From contig NC_086097.1 of the NCBI RefSeq assembly GCF_963921235.1, forward strand, positions 219,854,001 to 219,918,000: a stretch of 64,000 nt of DNA, given 5' to 3'. The notes beneath the pieces were generated by a model. That model was not told the origin of the DNA and ran no database searches. It was given only the letters and a program-made list of their open reading frames with translations. The position numbers were made by a program, and so were the translations under genes. This stretch comes from Mobula hypostoma (Eukaryota). Shown in pieces: positions 1-14,084 of the stretch; within the stretch, counting starts at the first letter, position 1; each line of letters starts with the position of its first letter.

Positions 1-1330
1 AGCAACAACCTTACACTCAAAATCAGCAAGAGCAAGGAATTGATTGTGGACTTCGGGAAGGAGTAGATAGAGCACGAACCAGATGTCATTGAGGGGTCAG
101 TAGCTTCAAGTTCCTGTGTTAAGCAATCATGAAGAAGGCATGCCTCTGGCCCTACTTCATTAGGAGTTTGAGAAGATTTGCTGCATCATCAAAGACTCAT
201 ACAAATTTCTGTAGCCCCCTGGCAAGCCTCAGGGTTGCTCAGCTCGCTGTCGTCTAGGGAAACAGCCCTCGGCCCCGCTAACTGGGTAATTAAGTTTGTG
301 TGGATGCTGTGTGATGTACCCCACCCCACCAAATAACAGACAATACACCATATACGATTAAATGAATTACAGTTCATGGATATTACTGGAACTATATAAT
401 TAATAGAGATAAAATATAAAAGGAAAATAAAAGGCACCACACTTATCAAAGTTCAATCTCTTCGTGCACAAACAGTTGGAGCTCTAGAACAATCCTCTCT
501 CCACCATTCGATCCCCTCTGACCACCTCGACCTGCCACCTGGGACCAACTACGGTGGTTGACCAGATGCTCCACACGAGTCTGCCTCCGTCTCCTCTCCT
601 CGCCGAAAACCCTGGACCTCGGACTCCTGTTTGGAGTCCAACCGCGTTAGCCGGCTCACAGCACCTTGTCCATCCTCTCTCTCTCTCTCTCAGTCTCACG
701 CCTTCTGCTCAAAAACCCACGCATCACAATAACTTACAGACACACTGGAAAGAATAACATCTAACCCAATTGGTTGGTTCGTTCTGTTATCAATAATATA
801 ACCCAAACAAGCTGCTAGCGAGAGAACTTTCTCATCATTTAACATAACAAAGAAGCCAGTTCAATTATAACATAACAAAGAAGCCATTTTAATTAGCCTA
901 TAAATGTATGGTAGAGAGCATTCTGGCTGCCTTCATCATGGTCTGATATGGAGGCTTTGATGCAAAGAATCACGACATTGCAGACGCAGCCAGCTCTGTT
1001 ACGGGCACAACCTTCTCGCCATTGAGGACATCTTGAAGCAGTAGTTGCCTTCAGAAAGTGGCATCCACTGCTAAGGACTCTCACCTTCTAGAACATGCCC
1101 TCTTTTCATTACTACCATTGGGGAGGAATTACAAAGCTTGAAAGCCCACATTCAAAAATCCAAAACAACTTCTTCCCCACTGCCATCAGATTCCTGAAAA
1201 GTTCATGAAGCCATAAACACTACCCCATTATTTTTTGCACCACTTATTTATTTTTACAATTTATAATAATTCTTCTGTCCTTGGACTGTACTGTCGCTGC
1301 AAGATAGCTAATTTTATGTCATGTCAGCTG
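1..1330 (+). mobile_element. Decayed Rex/Babar/L2-type LINE 3' fragment, split by an insertion at ~210-902
   Basis: KELIVDF-coding sequence at the window start; co-linear with the copy at 14085-15180 on both sides of the insert. Confidence 0.75.
210..902. mobile_element. ~690-bp non-coding insertion, possible solo LTR
   Basis: Interrupts the LINE cleanly; begins TGTAGC and ends ...GCCTATA (imperfect TG..CA); CpG-rich; internal 18-bp direct repeat aacataacaaagaagcca at 841 and 869; TSD ambiguous. Confidence 0.4.
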
Positions 1331-1824
1331 AACTGAATATGCTTGGACTCTTTCGATGTCTTTGTGATTTGGTGTTTTGTATCCTGTGTTTTTTTTCTCA
1401 TTTTTTCTTGCTGTTTGCGTGACATTGTTCTTTTTTTTTGCACATTGGGGGTTTCATGTTTATCTTTAAAGGGGTTCCATTGTTTTCTGTTTCGTGGCTG
1501 TCTATGGGAAGATGAATTTCAGGGTTCTATACTGCATACAGACTTTAAAAATAATTTTACTTTGAATCTTTGAATAGTAATCCTGATTCTATCTGTGAGA
1601 TCAATGGTTTCAAAGGTAGAAATACGATTTTTGGTTTTGACTTTACCTTATTGATGAATCAGTTTGGATTTCTTTATAACCCATCATGTACTGGATGTAA
1701 TTTACAGAAAGTACATTTGCTACCAAGTGTGTACCACCTCTCAGAGCACTCCCCCACCTATGGTCACATGACCTATTCTGACATGACCATTAACCCTCCT
1801 TGGTACTACTGACACCTTCCTACA

Positions 1825-2001
1825 CCAGAGGTAATTTACAGTGACCAATGCGTTATAATGTTGGGAAATCACCATGGGGAACTCATACAGTCACTTGGAG
1901 ATAGTGCAAGCTCGACATGAACAGCACTGGAGGTTTAGGATCGAACCTGGGTTGCTGGAGCTGTGGAGAATCAGTACTAACTGCTGCACCACTGAGCCAC
2001 C
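1825..2001 (-). mobile_element. tRNA-derived SINE (HE1/V-SINE-like), decayed
   Basis: Minus strand reads GGTGGCTCAGTGG (A box-like) ... GGTTCGATCC (B box). Confidence 0.65.
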
Positions 2002-2261
2002 AAAATCTAGTTCCATTTTCTTCTGTTCTGGCACAGTTATTTGAAATGCTACAATGGCGTGTTTTGGCATTGTTGTCGAAATAAACTAAACATTTTAATC
2101 CTCTACACTGTTTTACAAAACTGCTGCTCTCAATACTTTAATGTTTAACCTTTTGAAAAGCATGCTGAATTTCAAAGAACCAGTGGAGCTTGTTAACATT
2201 GTATCATTGTTCTGTGAAAACAAAAAAAGGACTTAATGTATGCTGGGATTTTCTTTTACAG

Positions 2262-2431
2262 GATTACTTCACTGATGTGATCACCAACGATAGTATCAAT
2301 TACTTCCGCATATCCAAGAAGATATATCCGCACAGGCCTGTGCTCATGGTCATCAGCCATGCTGCACCCCATGGCCCAGAAGACTCAGCTCCGCAGTTTT
2401 CAGAGCTCTTCCCCAATGCTTCACAGCATAT
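2262..2431 (+). CDS. SULF1: Extracellular sulfatase Sulf-1, internal coding exon (170 bp)
   Basis: ttttacag|GAT...CAT AT|gtaagt; encodes [56 protein letters not shown](I), matching the recalled vertebrate SULF1/2 sequence; its phase 2 end joins the next exon in frame. Confidence 0.95.
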
Positions 2432-3957
2432 GTAAGTAAAGCATCTTAATTCAGGGATGAAGCAACACTGTGTTTTCTGGTGTTATTAGAGATATATGTT
2501 CTGTGGTGCAACAAAATGTGGAATGCATTTCATATGCTGCTTTCTCATTAATATTTATGCACAGTAATGAAAAGCAGAGGTTGAATTGCAGCCTATTAAA
2601 ACAGATCCCTTCTGACCAAATGAAACCGCATTTCATCTGTGATTTGAGTCAAGCCCAGACTGATAGCACATTGGACCCCTCTCTCTCTCTGTTGAATATA
2701 AGGATGCTACACAAATGAATTTAGGCTCTGTCAATCCAGTTGCTGCCAATAATGGCTCCAGACTGCAAAACTCCTACTTCTGTATTTATTTCACATTCTT
2801 TTTTGAGGGAGATTTTTTTTTAGGTTAGGGGGTCATGACTTGATGGGTGTGGAGAGGATAATTCTTCTTGTGGGAGAGACTGGAGCTGGGTTTGTCACTA
2901 TTTTCAAAATAAAGGGTCACCAACTTAAAAATGAGACAAAGAGACATTTTTTCCACTCAGAGGGCAGTGAGTCTTTGGTGTTCTCTTCCTCAAATGGTTG
3001 TGAAAGTATTCCCATCAAATCGTTCCCTGGTTCTTCTTCTCATCTACACAATTTATAATGGTTAATCAGCCTAAGAACCGACATACTTCTGAGATGTGGG
3101 AGGAAATCAGAAGGAAAACGTGGAAGCTGTACACAGCAGGTTGCCGGCGTGCTGTGGCAGCAGCTTTACCGACTACACAACTGTACCACCCAGATGTGTT
3201 TGTCAGTGTCGAAGGCAGAGGTAGGCAGGTTCTAAATAAGCAGGGGAGGGGGTGAAAGGCCACTGGAGGAGGTCAGCAATTTAAAGTTGAGGCGCAATCA
3301 GTTGTATCATGATTTTTTTTGAATCACAGAATAGGCTTCAGGGGGTCAAATAGTCCACACCTTTGTTAATTTCTGTGTTCATAATGTTTGTGGTAAGTGC
3401 TTCAAACATGCAGTAGGAGCCATTCACCCTGAGTCAGAATGGAGGTACATTTTTGTGACGTCCTTACCGGAATCTATGCTCCCATCTGTATGTGCTCAGA
3501 TTAGCTTGGTGTTAATGATGATGAATTGGATGCCCTTAATAATAATTACTGCTAGAAGAAGCAATAAATCATGAAATAAGACTAAATTTGATCAAGTCTT
3601 GAAATCAGTCGCATTCCTTTGATGTGCTTATTCTTTAAGTATTTAGCCTGGAAGCCTGATTAAATCTTATATAACTAGAGGCTTTAAACTCAGCTGGAGT
3701 GATCTGTAATGACATCAGAAGATTCAGCATCTTTCTTGCCCAAGATTTTCCCCTTTTACATCTATCAAGGGACTGCTTTCTCCCTGCTCTCAACTTCAAT
3801 GGCTTATCTGATTGATGCCTGTCACAGCCTCCTGGCCCCTCTTGGCCAATTTTAGATCCTGGTTGAGTCTAAAAACGACACCACCAGTTCCAAACTTACA
3901 TCCAGGTTAAGTGCTTTATTTGTGTTCTTGCTTTGTAAGTCTTCCTTCCTCAAAGAA

Positions 3958-4370
3958 GAGAAGATCTGCAGATGCTGGAAATCAAAGCAACACACACAAA
4001 ATGTTGGAGGAATTCAGCAGGCCAGGCAGCATCTAGGAAAAGAGTATTGTTGATGGTTTGGGCTGAAACCCTTCAGCAGGACTGGAGAAAAAAAGCTGAG
4101 GAGTAGATTTAAAAGGTCAGGGGAGGTGAAAGAGAAACAAGGTGATAGATGGAACCTGAAAGGGGAGGGATGAAGTGAAGAGCTTGGAAGTTAATAAGTG
4201 AAAGAGACAGAAGGCCATGGAAGAAAGAAAAGCAGGGGTGAGGACCACCAGAGGGAGTTGATGGGCAGGCAAAGAGATAAGGTGAGAGAGGAAAAAGGGA
4301 GAAGGAAATGATGAGGGGGGTGGGGGGAGGACATTACTGGAAGTTCGAGAACACGATGTTCATGCCATCC
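3958..4370 (-). mobile_element. Penelope-like element 3' fragment with decayed hammerhead (4048-4083)
   Basis: Minus strand encodes ...DGMNIVFSNFQ* (end of the GIY-YIG ORF), then a pyrimidine-rich UTR, agtcctgctgaagggtttcagcccaaaccatcaac, and the family tail. Confidence 0.8.
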
Positions 4371-6447
4371 TTCCCCGTTCCTTAAAAACTATTGCTTTAA
4401 TTTCTTGTCCGTGGATTACATCATTAATACCAGCAAAACAAATATCATTAACAGTTTTGTTCCCATCCTTAATTATATCACATTGAAGTATATTGGGATG
4501 GCGTCAGGCTGTCAGAGCATTGCATTGAGTCCGACTGTACTCATCTTTAGCCACGTAAAGAACTGCTGGCTATTTTCTGCTCGATCTTTAGTTACCATCC
4601 CTGACCTCTGTCTCCGAATGTCCCGTACTTCTGGCACTGAGCCTAGACAAGGGCAAAGGTGAGCTGAGCTGAGAGGCTGGATACTTGGCAAATCAAGCCC
4701 CTCATCTGTACATCAGGGGCGGCTGGTGTGAGAAGCCCAACCCCCATTTATTCAGAAGCAAGAGACTGCAGATACTGGAAACTGGAGCAAAAAATAAACT
4801 GTTGGAGGAACTCAACATGTCAAGTAATATCTGTGGAGGAAGGGAAGGTCAGTGTCCTGGGTTGAGACCCCACATCAGGATATTGAACAGTTTGAACGGG
4901 TTGACAAGTGAGAGTAAAGAAAGATTTTTTAAAAAGATTTGTAGGTAAGTTTTACCCCTAATTTCCTTTAATATTTAAATAATTTGGGCTATTTGAAAAC
5001 CTTTCACAGTAGGGCACATTTTTAAATGGCTTGTAGGCTTTTGAGCTTGATGAACTGTCAAAAGGCCATCAAGATATTCCAGGGCCAGGAACTGGAATCT
5101 AATCATCGTTTTCAGGTACAGAATACCATCTCAGCCAGATCGCCAGATCCGGAACAGGTTAGAGTAGGTAAGTACTGTGAGCAGGGGTAATCCTGCCCAA
5201 AGGACAACTATATTTAGGTGATCTTTACCACCAGAGCATAATTGAGAATAAAATTCAACACAGTCAAGGTCAAACAGCCTGCAGATGTTCACCAGCTGAA
5301 GTAATACCTGAAGATCGCTGACTGGGGGAAATTATAATTGCATAGACATCAAAAAGTTAATTTCACCCCAGCAAGACCAGCAGCTTTGGAAAGGGACTGG
5401 CAAAAGGTGACTGGCAAAAGGTGACCAACATGAAAATTTGTTTAAAGCAAGAAGGAGTTTGATCTTCAGTTAAGACTTAAAACTAACGTAAATATAAAAA
5501 ATATAACACCATTCATTGGAACCAGCCTCCCACATAACAACCTCAACATCAACTTTATTTTGATGCTGTCAGAAGCAAATGAATTTTGGACTGCAACTCT
5601 ACCTTGGAAAATAAAGGAAACCAGGTGGATTAATATCAACAGATTCTCATAAATGTCCAAAAGGAAAACTCTAAATCACAGTCCTAGCATTCCATTCTCC
5701 TTTTGACCTATTTTAAAATCTTCCCATTGGTACCATATCACTTGTTTTATAGCATTATTACATTTGATCTATGAATGCAATAATTTTTCTACACCAGAAC
5801 AGATAAAGAACATGCACAGTCTAAGGAACCATATTGAGCTGTTTTCTAATCTGCTTCTGATTAGAATTACAGTGCTTGGGCATTGGAAGGTCAGTTGAAT
5901 GTTTAAGCACTGAGCTAAGATTATCATAATGCCAAAGGAAACATCCAGGGTACATTTTACACGGGCTGTTACCACCAGGAGAGCACATAGCCATTGCCAT
6001 CATACTTCATAAAAATGCTGGCTTGCTGCTGGTGATTTTCCAGCAGGTTCTGGTTTTAAATGAAATTGGCAAGAACTTGAGCTTCAAAAAATAAATATAC
6101 AATCAGTTTCATTTTCATCATGCATCTCTTTAAAACCCAGGGCTACCTTCATTTCTTCATGCACTGACTAGGTGGTGTTTAAGAATCTAAAAAAAAAAGC
6201 AGTGCAATAGGTTCTTTGATTCTTCAAGTTTGTTTCACTATGCAATAAGATCATAGTTGACCTTTCATCATAACACCATTTATCGGGACAATTCACATAT
6301 CCCTTGATACCCTTAATGTCCAAAAAATCTGCTGATCTCTGCCTTGAAATATTCAGTGACCAGGCTTCTTGGGTATAGAACTCCGCAGGTTCACAATTGC
6401 CTGGGTGAAGGAACTTCTCTCTGTCTGAGTGTCCCACACCTTGTTTT

Positions 6448-7653
6448 AAACATAGAAACATAGAAAATAGGTGCAGGAGTAGGCCATTCAGCCCTTTGAG
6501 CCTGCACCACCATTCAATATGATCATGGCTGATCATCCAACTCAGAACCCTGTACCTGCCTTCTCTCCATACCCCCTGATCCCTTTAGCCACAAGGACCA
6601 TATCTAACTCCCTCTTAAATATAGCCAATGAACTGGCCTCAACTGTTTCCTGTGGCAGAGAATTCCACAGATTCACCATTCTCTGTGTGAAGAAGTTTTT
6701 CCTCATCTCAGACCTGAAACTGTGACCCCTTGTTCTGCACTTCCCCAACATCGGGAACAATCTTCCTGCATCAGCCTGTCCAATCCCTTTAGAATTCTAT
6801 ACGTTTCGATAAGATCCCCCCTCAATCTTCTAAATTCCAGTGAGTATAAGCCTAGTCGATCCAGTCTTTCTTCATATGAAAGTCCTGCCATCCCAGGAAT
6901 CAATCTGGTGAACCTTCTTTGTAATCCCTCTATGGCAAGAATGTCTTTCCTCAGATTAGGGGACCAAAACTGCACACAATGCTCCAGGTGTGGTCTCACC
7001 AAGGCCTTGTACAACTGCAGTAGAACCTCCCCGTTCCTGTACTCGAATCCTCTTGCTATGAATGCCAGCATACCATTCGCCTTTCTCACTGCCTGCTGTA
7101 CCTGCATGCCCACTTTCAATGACTGGTGTATAATGACACCCAGGTCTCGTTGCATCTCCCCTTTTCCTAATCGGCCACCATTCAGATAATAACCTGTTTT
7201 CCTGTTCTTGCCACCAAAGTGGATAACTTCACATTTATCCACATTAAATTGCATCTGCCATGAATCTGCCCACTCACCCAACCTATCCAAGTCACCCTGC
7301 ATCCTCTTAGCATCCTCCTCACAGCTAACACTGCCGCGCAGCTTCGTGTCATCCGCAAACTTGGAGATGCTGCATTTAATTCCCTTGTCTAAGTCATTAA
7401 TATATATTTTAAACAACTGGGGTCCCAGCACAGAGCCTTGTGGTACCCCACTAGTCACTGCCTGCCATTCTGAAAAGGTCCTGTTTATTCCCACTCTTTG
7501 CTTCCTGTCTGCCAACCAATTCTCTATCCACATCAATACCATACCCCCAGTACCGTGTGCTTTAAGTTTGCAGACCAATCTCCTGTGTGGGACCTTGTCA
7601 AAAGCCTTTAGAAAATCCAAATGTACCACATCCACTGGTTCTCCCCTATCCAT
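6448..7653 (-). mobile_element. CR1 LINE, 5'-truncated, RT C-terminal half
   Basis: ORF 6703-7653 with DFLKAFDKV, GVPQGSVLGP, FADDTK; (TTTCTATG)n tail; frameshift near the 3' end. Confidence 0.92.
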
Positions 7654-9519
7654 CTGTGATCTGTGATCTTTGATCTGTGCTTGTAGAAACCTCAGCTAGG
7701 GTAGCAGCACCCCTTGAAAGCCCTGTAAGAATTCATTAGGTTTCAGTAAGTTCACATTTCATTCGTCTTTAGACAGTATAATCTCCCTTCATTGGCTAAA
7801 ACCACATCCATCATGCACTCCATCTTTCTCCTTCCCTGAATAGAGAGACCAGAGCTATGTACAATATTTCTGGTATGGTCTCAACATTGATCAAATAATT
7901 TCAGTGGGAAGTTGTTAATCTCCTGCTTGGAGTTTAATGCAATAGGACCAACATATCCTTTGCCTTGCTAATTACATGTTGTACCCACATACACGCATAG
8001 AAATAGAACAGTGGAGCACAGGAGCAGACCCTTCAGCCCATTATGTCTGCACTGACCACAACCCCAATCTAACCTGATCCATTTGCCTGCATGTAGTTGA
8101 TACCCCTCTATTACCTGCCTCTTGATGGCTGTCTGAAAGTCTCTTTATCTCTGCTCTTTTATCTGCTTCTAGCAATGCTTTCCTGGCACTTACTCTGTAT
8201 GTAAAAAAATTGCTTCTGTTAAGCTTTCTCCTTCTAACCTTCAGCTATGTCCTCTAGGTCAAAAAGACTCTGGCTCTTTCTCCAGTCTGTGCCACTTATC
8301 ATTTTTATATATTTATCAGGACACGCTAGAGAAAACAATGGAAGGTCATCCAACCTCTCAGATCCTGATAGCACAGTCCAATCCAGGACAACATCCTAGC
8401 AAGCCTCTTCTGCACTCTCTCCTAAGCTTCCACTCTCTCTTATAGTGTGTCACCCAAACTGTAAACAGTACTTTAAAATGGCCTAGCCAAGTTTCAGATA
8501 GTTGCTAGATGACTTCCAAGGTTTTATATTAATTTTCCCAATGGATGAAAGCAAGCATGATGTATGTCTTCTTTACCACCCTATCCCCTTTCGGGGAGCT
8601 ATGCACTTTCATTCTATATCCCTCTCCACATCACCGTTCATTCGGAAAGAAAAGGGTCCGCAGACACTGTGTTTTGGATGATGGAAACAAACTGCTGGAG
8701 CAACTCAGAGGGTCAAGCAGCATCTGATCAAGGAAAGGAATTGTCAATGTTTCTAACTTCATCTGATTCTCCCTTTCCTATTCTGTTGGTTACAACTCTT
8801 AAACAGACTTTCAAATGTGATCTCATGCTGATTCTGCTCAGTCTTGATATTACTTTGGTACCACTTGCCAATTTAAATAGACCCAAATATTTTCCCGACT
8901 ATTAATGTCAGACTGGCTGATCTCTGTATTCTCTTTCTCTCCTTTCATAAATAGTGAAGCTGTAGTTTGCACTTGCCAAATTGCTAGAATCTATGGACTT
9001 TGATATATGGCATCCTGTGCTTATATTAACTCTATCTTCACCTCTTTGAAAACCTTATGATGCAGATCATCAGATCCTAAGAACTTAATAGTATTTAGTG
9101 TAGTTATTGTGTTCATTTCATTAATACGAATATCTTTCACTCCAGGATCTTTCAATCACTCCAGGAGTATGCAAGTATCTATCACTTTTCACAACATTAT
9201 TTATTTCTCTTAGAATTATCCTTGGGATGAACCATGTGATAGGCTTGTACTGGTTAGAGCATTAACTGACTTATGCATATTTCTATGTTGCCTGATTCAT
9301 TTATCTGTACCTCAGTTGGTGGGAAAGTTACAACACTTTATTTTTTACAGATCAGGAGTATTTCGTCAAAATTGAAATTTTATATTGTTCAGGTGTTCTG
9401 AGTGTGAGACTATTCTATGTGAGAAGAATCAATAGGCAATTTAAAATACCTAAAGATGTTACCCCTGAAAATCTTTGAACTTTTCCATAGTGTTCAGCTG
9501 AGGCTTTGGAGAGCAACAA

Positions 9520-10500
9520 TGCCACTTTCAGATTTGGATGATAGAATTGATGGCTTTGTGGCCAAGTTTGTGGATGAAACCAAGATAGGTGGAGATGCAG
9601 GTAATGTTGAGGATGCAAGGAGGCTGCAGAAGGACTTGGACAGATTAGCAGAATGGGCAAAGAAGTGGCAAATGGAATTCAGTGTCGGTAAGTATATGGT
9701 CATGGACTTTGGTAGAAGAAATAAAAACAGACTATTTTCTAAATGGGGAGATAATTCATAAACCTGAGGTGTAAGGGGACTTTAGAGTCCTATAGTAGGA
9801 TTTCCAGAAGGTTAACTTGCAGGTTGAATCAGTAGTAAGGAAGGCAAATGCAATGTTAACATTCATTTTGAGATGACTAGAATATAAAAGTAAAGATGTA
9901 ATGCTGAGTCTATATAAGGCAATTTTGGGGCCTCATTTGGAGTATTGTGAGCAGTTCTGGGCCCCTTACTTAAGAAAGGGGGTGTTGATGTTGGAGAAGG
10001 TTCAGAGGAGGTTCACTAGAATGATTCTGGGAATGAGAGGCTTATCATATGAGGAGCGATTGATGGCTCTGGACCTTTACTCGCTGGAATCTCGAAGAAT
10101 GAGAAGGGATCTCATTGAAACCAATCAAATTTTGATTGGCGTAGATGGAGTGGATGTGGAGAGGATGTTTCCTATGGTGGGGGAGTCTAGGACCAGATGG
10201 AACAGCATCAGAATAGAGGGGTGTCCATGTAGAATGGAGATAAGGAGGAAGTTCTTTAGGAAGAGGGTGGTGAATCAGTGGAATTCATTGCCACAGGTAG
10301 CTGTGGAGGCCAGGTCATTGGGTATATTTAAGAAGGAGGTTGATAGGTTTCTGGTTAGTCAGGGTGTGAAAGGTTATGGGGAAGAGGCGTGAGAATGGGG
10401 TTGAGAGGGAAATGGATCAGCCATGGTGAAATGGAGGCATGGACTCGATGGGCCAAATGGCCTAATTATGTTCCTGTGTCTTATGGTCTTTTGGTCTTCA
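9520..10500 (+). mobile_element. CR1 LINE 3' fragment, decayed
   Basis: KFVDETK, PHLEYCEQFWAP and WNSLP motifs across broken ORFs. Confidence 0.88.
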
Positions 10501-12489
10501 GGTGTTTCTGGTGTAACTATTACGAAATGTATCCCTGACACATGTTTAAGAAGGGTTGGCTTTAAACTGGATAGTACAAAGGAGATGTTCTCAAGCTACC
10601 TGAGACTTGTCACTTGCCAGCTCAGTGGAAATCGAACATATCACTGCAGGTTGGTTATCCAAGAACTAGCTTACTAATCTGAAGATGAATGAACGACTGC
10701 CCTACCTAACCAAAGGAATTAACCAATGAAAGAGATCTTTTTTCAGTCATTTTATCAAGGAGTCTGGTCAGAGCATCTCCCACATGAAGGTTCTTCAGTG
10801 ATTTGCTTGAGTTGCTGTTTCGTTGTCAGTAACCTTGACATTGCAACATGGGGTCCTTAACTAATTTTTTTTCAGTATAGACTTATATCTATGTAATATA
10901 TAGAAAAGGATCATATTCGAATAAAGCCTTTGAAGATTTTCTTGACGTGTTGCATGTACCTAGCCCACATCCATCAGGTGCAGATTCTTCAACTCAGAAA
11001 ACTACATTGAGACAGAGAGCAGGTCCTAGCTCAATTACAGAACAAAAAAAAACATATTTATGTTTTCTTTTCCATTAAAATCCAAAAAATTTCACTATTA
11101 TCATCCTGATGAAGGCTCTCTATTCCTCTCCGTAGATGCTGCTGAGTTCATCCAGCACTTTGCATGTATTTCTCTGGATTTCCAGCATCTGCAGACTCTC
11201 TTGTGTTCACTATTGAAACACCTCTGTTTTGAAACTTCTCTGAGTACTAAGTCCATGCAGGTCATGATTAGCATTGCCAGGTGCAATAAACTCCCCTGGC
11301 AACGTATGCCAATAGCTTGCGTTCCAATTACAAAGCAATGGCTCTTTCTAGACCAGCAGCTCTTTCTCAATTTGCCATCTGTCTGCACTCTCACTCAGTC
11401 TGATTCATACTGCCAATTTTTACTGCTGTCAGTGCTTTTATGGTTCAGTAGCTATTGTCCAAACTTACCTTACATGAGACCATACAGCTGGCAGGAGAGT
11501 AGAAAACTTCTTGCTGTCAATCTGTGCTGGATTCAAACCCAATCCAAGGATGAAAGGTCAGCAAATTTCCAAATGCCTCTTTTCACCATTTAAATATTTG
11601 TCGTCCCTGTTCTTCAAAATAGCTTGACATGATCTGATTATATAATGTACAACAGACAGAAATAACAATCACTCAGGTTCTTGATTCACATAAGTGCATT
11701 TAACCTGCAGCAGCTCTTTTTAACATTATAATTGCAAATAATAGAAAGAATGCCATCAGTCTACACTGGTAATCATGCAATGTTTTCTGTGACAATGTAT
11801 CCACAAACATTTCACTTTGAGAAGGTACAATATTGACATCTTCTCTAATCTTAGTGAAATGTCTGCTGTTTGCAAATATCATGAACAAGATGTTCCAAAG
11901 AAAACTGGAGTGTAGCTTCTAAATTCCAAACATTTCTGTAGCGTAATCCCTAATGACTAATTACATGACTTGTTACAGGGAGGCCAGTCACTTTCACAAC
12001 AAGATAGCAGTTTAAATTAGTACATCAGAATCAAGTTTAATAACAGTGGCATACAGTATGTCATGAAATTTGTGGTTATGTGGCAGCTGTACATTGGAAT
12101 ACATAATCATAAAAATTGTAAATTATGGTAATAAGTGAGAGTGTGTGTGTTTATCCATACATACATATATACACACACAGACACAAACATTTGTATATAG
12201 AGAGAGAGAGATGGTGCAAAAAGAGGAAAAAAAGTAGTGGGGTAGTGTTCATGGGTTCACGTCCATTTCGAAATCTGATGACAGAGGGGAAGAATTGTTT
12301 GAATAACATTGAAAGAATTAAATGAATATATATAACATTTGACAGGAAAAGAATCCAGGCCCGATATGATATTAGAAAAGTTGTTCCTTTTAGATTAAAT
12401 AATTTGGGTTTGCCTTTGAATCCTGTTCACAAATGGAAGCTGAGATCAGAGATCAGATAGCTTGTCAGTGCACAGCTTTGCATGGAACC

Positions 12490-12690
12490 TATTGTTGCTC
12501 TTCATGCCTCGTGGTGCATCGGGTGGCAGCCTTGCCGTTTCCTTAGCATTTGTCTGTTTTTCGCGAGGCCGAGTTGCTAGTTCAACACTTAACCCAGCAC
12601 AGATGGAAAGTGTGCAAGGAGCCAGCCGGATTCAATCCTGGCACCATTCGCCCCGAAGTTCATTCTGGATGCCACTAACCACTGGCCTGC
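12490..12690 (-). mobile_element. tRNA-related SINE; second copy at ~50860-51050
   Basis: The two loci share gagttgctag..caacccagcac.gatggaaag.gtgcaagg..gccagc.ggattc; B-box-like GAGTTCGAATCC on the minus strand of the 50.9-kb copy. Confidence 0.6.
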
Positions 12691-13646
12691 TGTGCATGGA
12701 ATTGGTCTGATTAAGATAAAGTGTGGATCTTGCATTTGATTTAGAGCCAATTGAAGGATTGATTCACGTTATCAGTTATTTTGGGTGGCAGGGTGACAGT
12801 AGGCCATGAAAAGGATGACTTGGAGCTTCCAAAAACAAAGGATCACAGATGAGCTTTGCAATTCTGGTTTGTAAAACAGTTTTTAAAAGAATTTGCCACC
12901 ACCCTTTGAATGAAATATGCAAGGGTACACCGGATCATGAAACAAAGGTCTTAAAGGGATGATTATGATTTCAGTTTCCATATTCCTAGAATCGCCTGGC
13001 ATTTTAGACAAATGTATTCTACAAAAAAAATCTTGAATCCTGGCTACAAGTGCCATGAACTGAAGCAATCGCAAAGGAAATGGTGTCCCCGATTAGGCAG
13101 GCAATGTAAAGATGTGGCATATAATTTGAGATTTAACTAAACTCTTTGCCAAATATTCATTCACTTGTAATATTAGTTAAAGAAATAGATTGTCCTTGGG
13201 TGTATTCGCCTTCCCATAGCTGTGGCTTCTCAGATGAGCTGCATAAAAAGCTAAGGATATTAATTCCTTTATAGAATTCCACATATTAATTGTGGAATTC
13301 TAATGTATGAGTGTTCCTTTATTAGTTAAAAGGTTCAAGATACTTTTTAATTCTCTGCCAATTTACAGTGAAATGTAAAAGCCGATGACAAAAAATAGTA
13401 TGTACTTTCGTAGATACAGGATCTATTCAGTACAAATATTAACATTGTGAACTATAGGTACTGTACTGGGCTATCACTTTGCTTGTCAACCTGATAGTAT
13501 TTCAAGGAAAGGGATGACTCCTCAGCAGGCACTTCTTATTATAACAAACACATGAATGCCACATGCAAAATGGTTTCAAAATTTAATAAGTCATTGGAAC
13601 ACTTTTGTGCTCAGAGCAGCCACCTTCCTTAAGCAAAACTGCATCC

Positions 13647-13935
13647 AGGGCCACATAATGGCATAGTGATTAGCTCAATTCTTTACAGCATCAGCTGTAA
13701 GATTGGGGTGCGATTCCCTTCGCTGTCTGTGAGGAGTTTGTCCTCTCTACCTGTGACCGTGTGGGTTTCCTCCTGGTGCTCCATATTCCATATTCCAAAG
13801 AGGTACTGTTAGGGTTAGTGAATTATGGACATGCTATGTAGGTGTCAGAAGCGTGGCGACACTTTTGGGCTGCCTAAATAATACATTTCACTGTATAGCT
13901 TGATGTGCATGTGACAATTAAGCTAATCTTTAAAT
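13647..13935 (+). mobile_element. tRNA-derived SINE (HE1/V-SINE-like)
   Basis: A/B-box-like head followed by the gagtttg...gtgggtttcctcctggtgctcc core typical of V-SINEs. Confidence 0.6.
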
Positions 13936-14084
13936 CTCTTTCCTCTATCATTAGAAACCTTTGCCATGTCACTGTTGGCCGCAAGCATCTAGTCCAGATT
14001 AAATAGGTTAAACATATCAACCTGCTTTGTGTAACATGCCAGTGATAGTGTCAGGTAAGCCTCTTTCCTCAGCTGCAGGTGACT

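Noticed and set aside
1825..2001. tRNA gene
   Set aside because: A/B boxes belong to a decayed SINE head; no cloverleaf could be built
5395..5425. Short tandem duplications here, at 30431-30466 and at 7653-7680
   Set aside because: Two or three units without spacers; ordinary slippage, not CRISPR-like
6722..7666. Plus-strand ORFs of ~150 aa, similar at 45998-46702 and 53787-54290
   Set aside because: Antisense shadows of CR1 RT coding sequence
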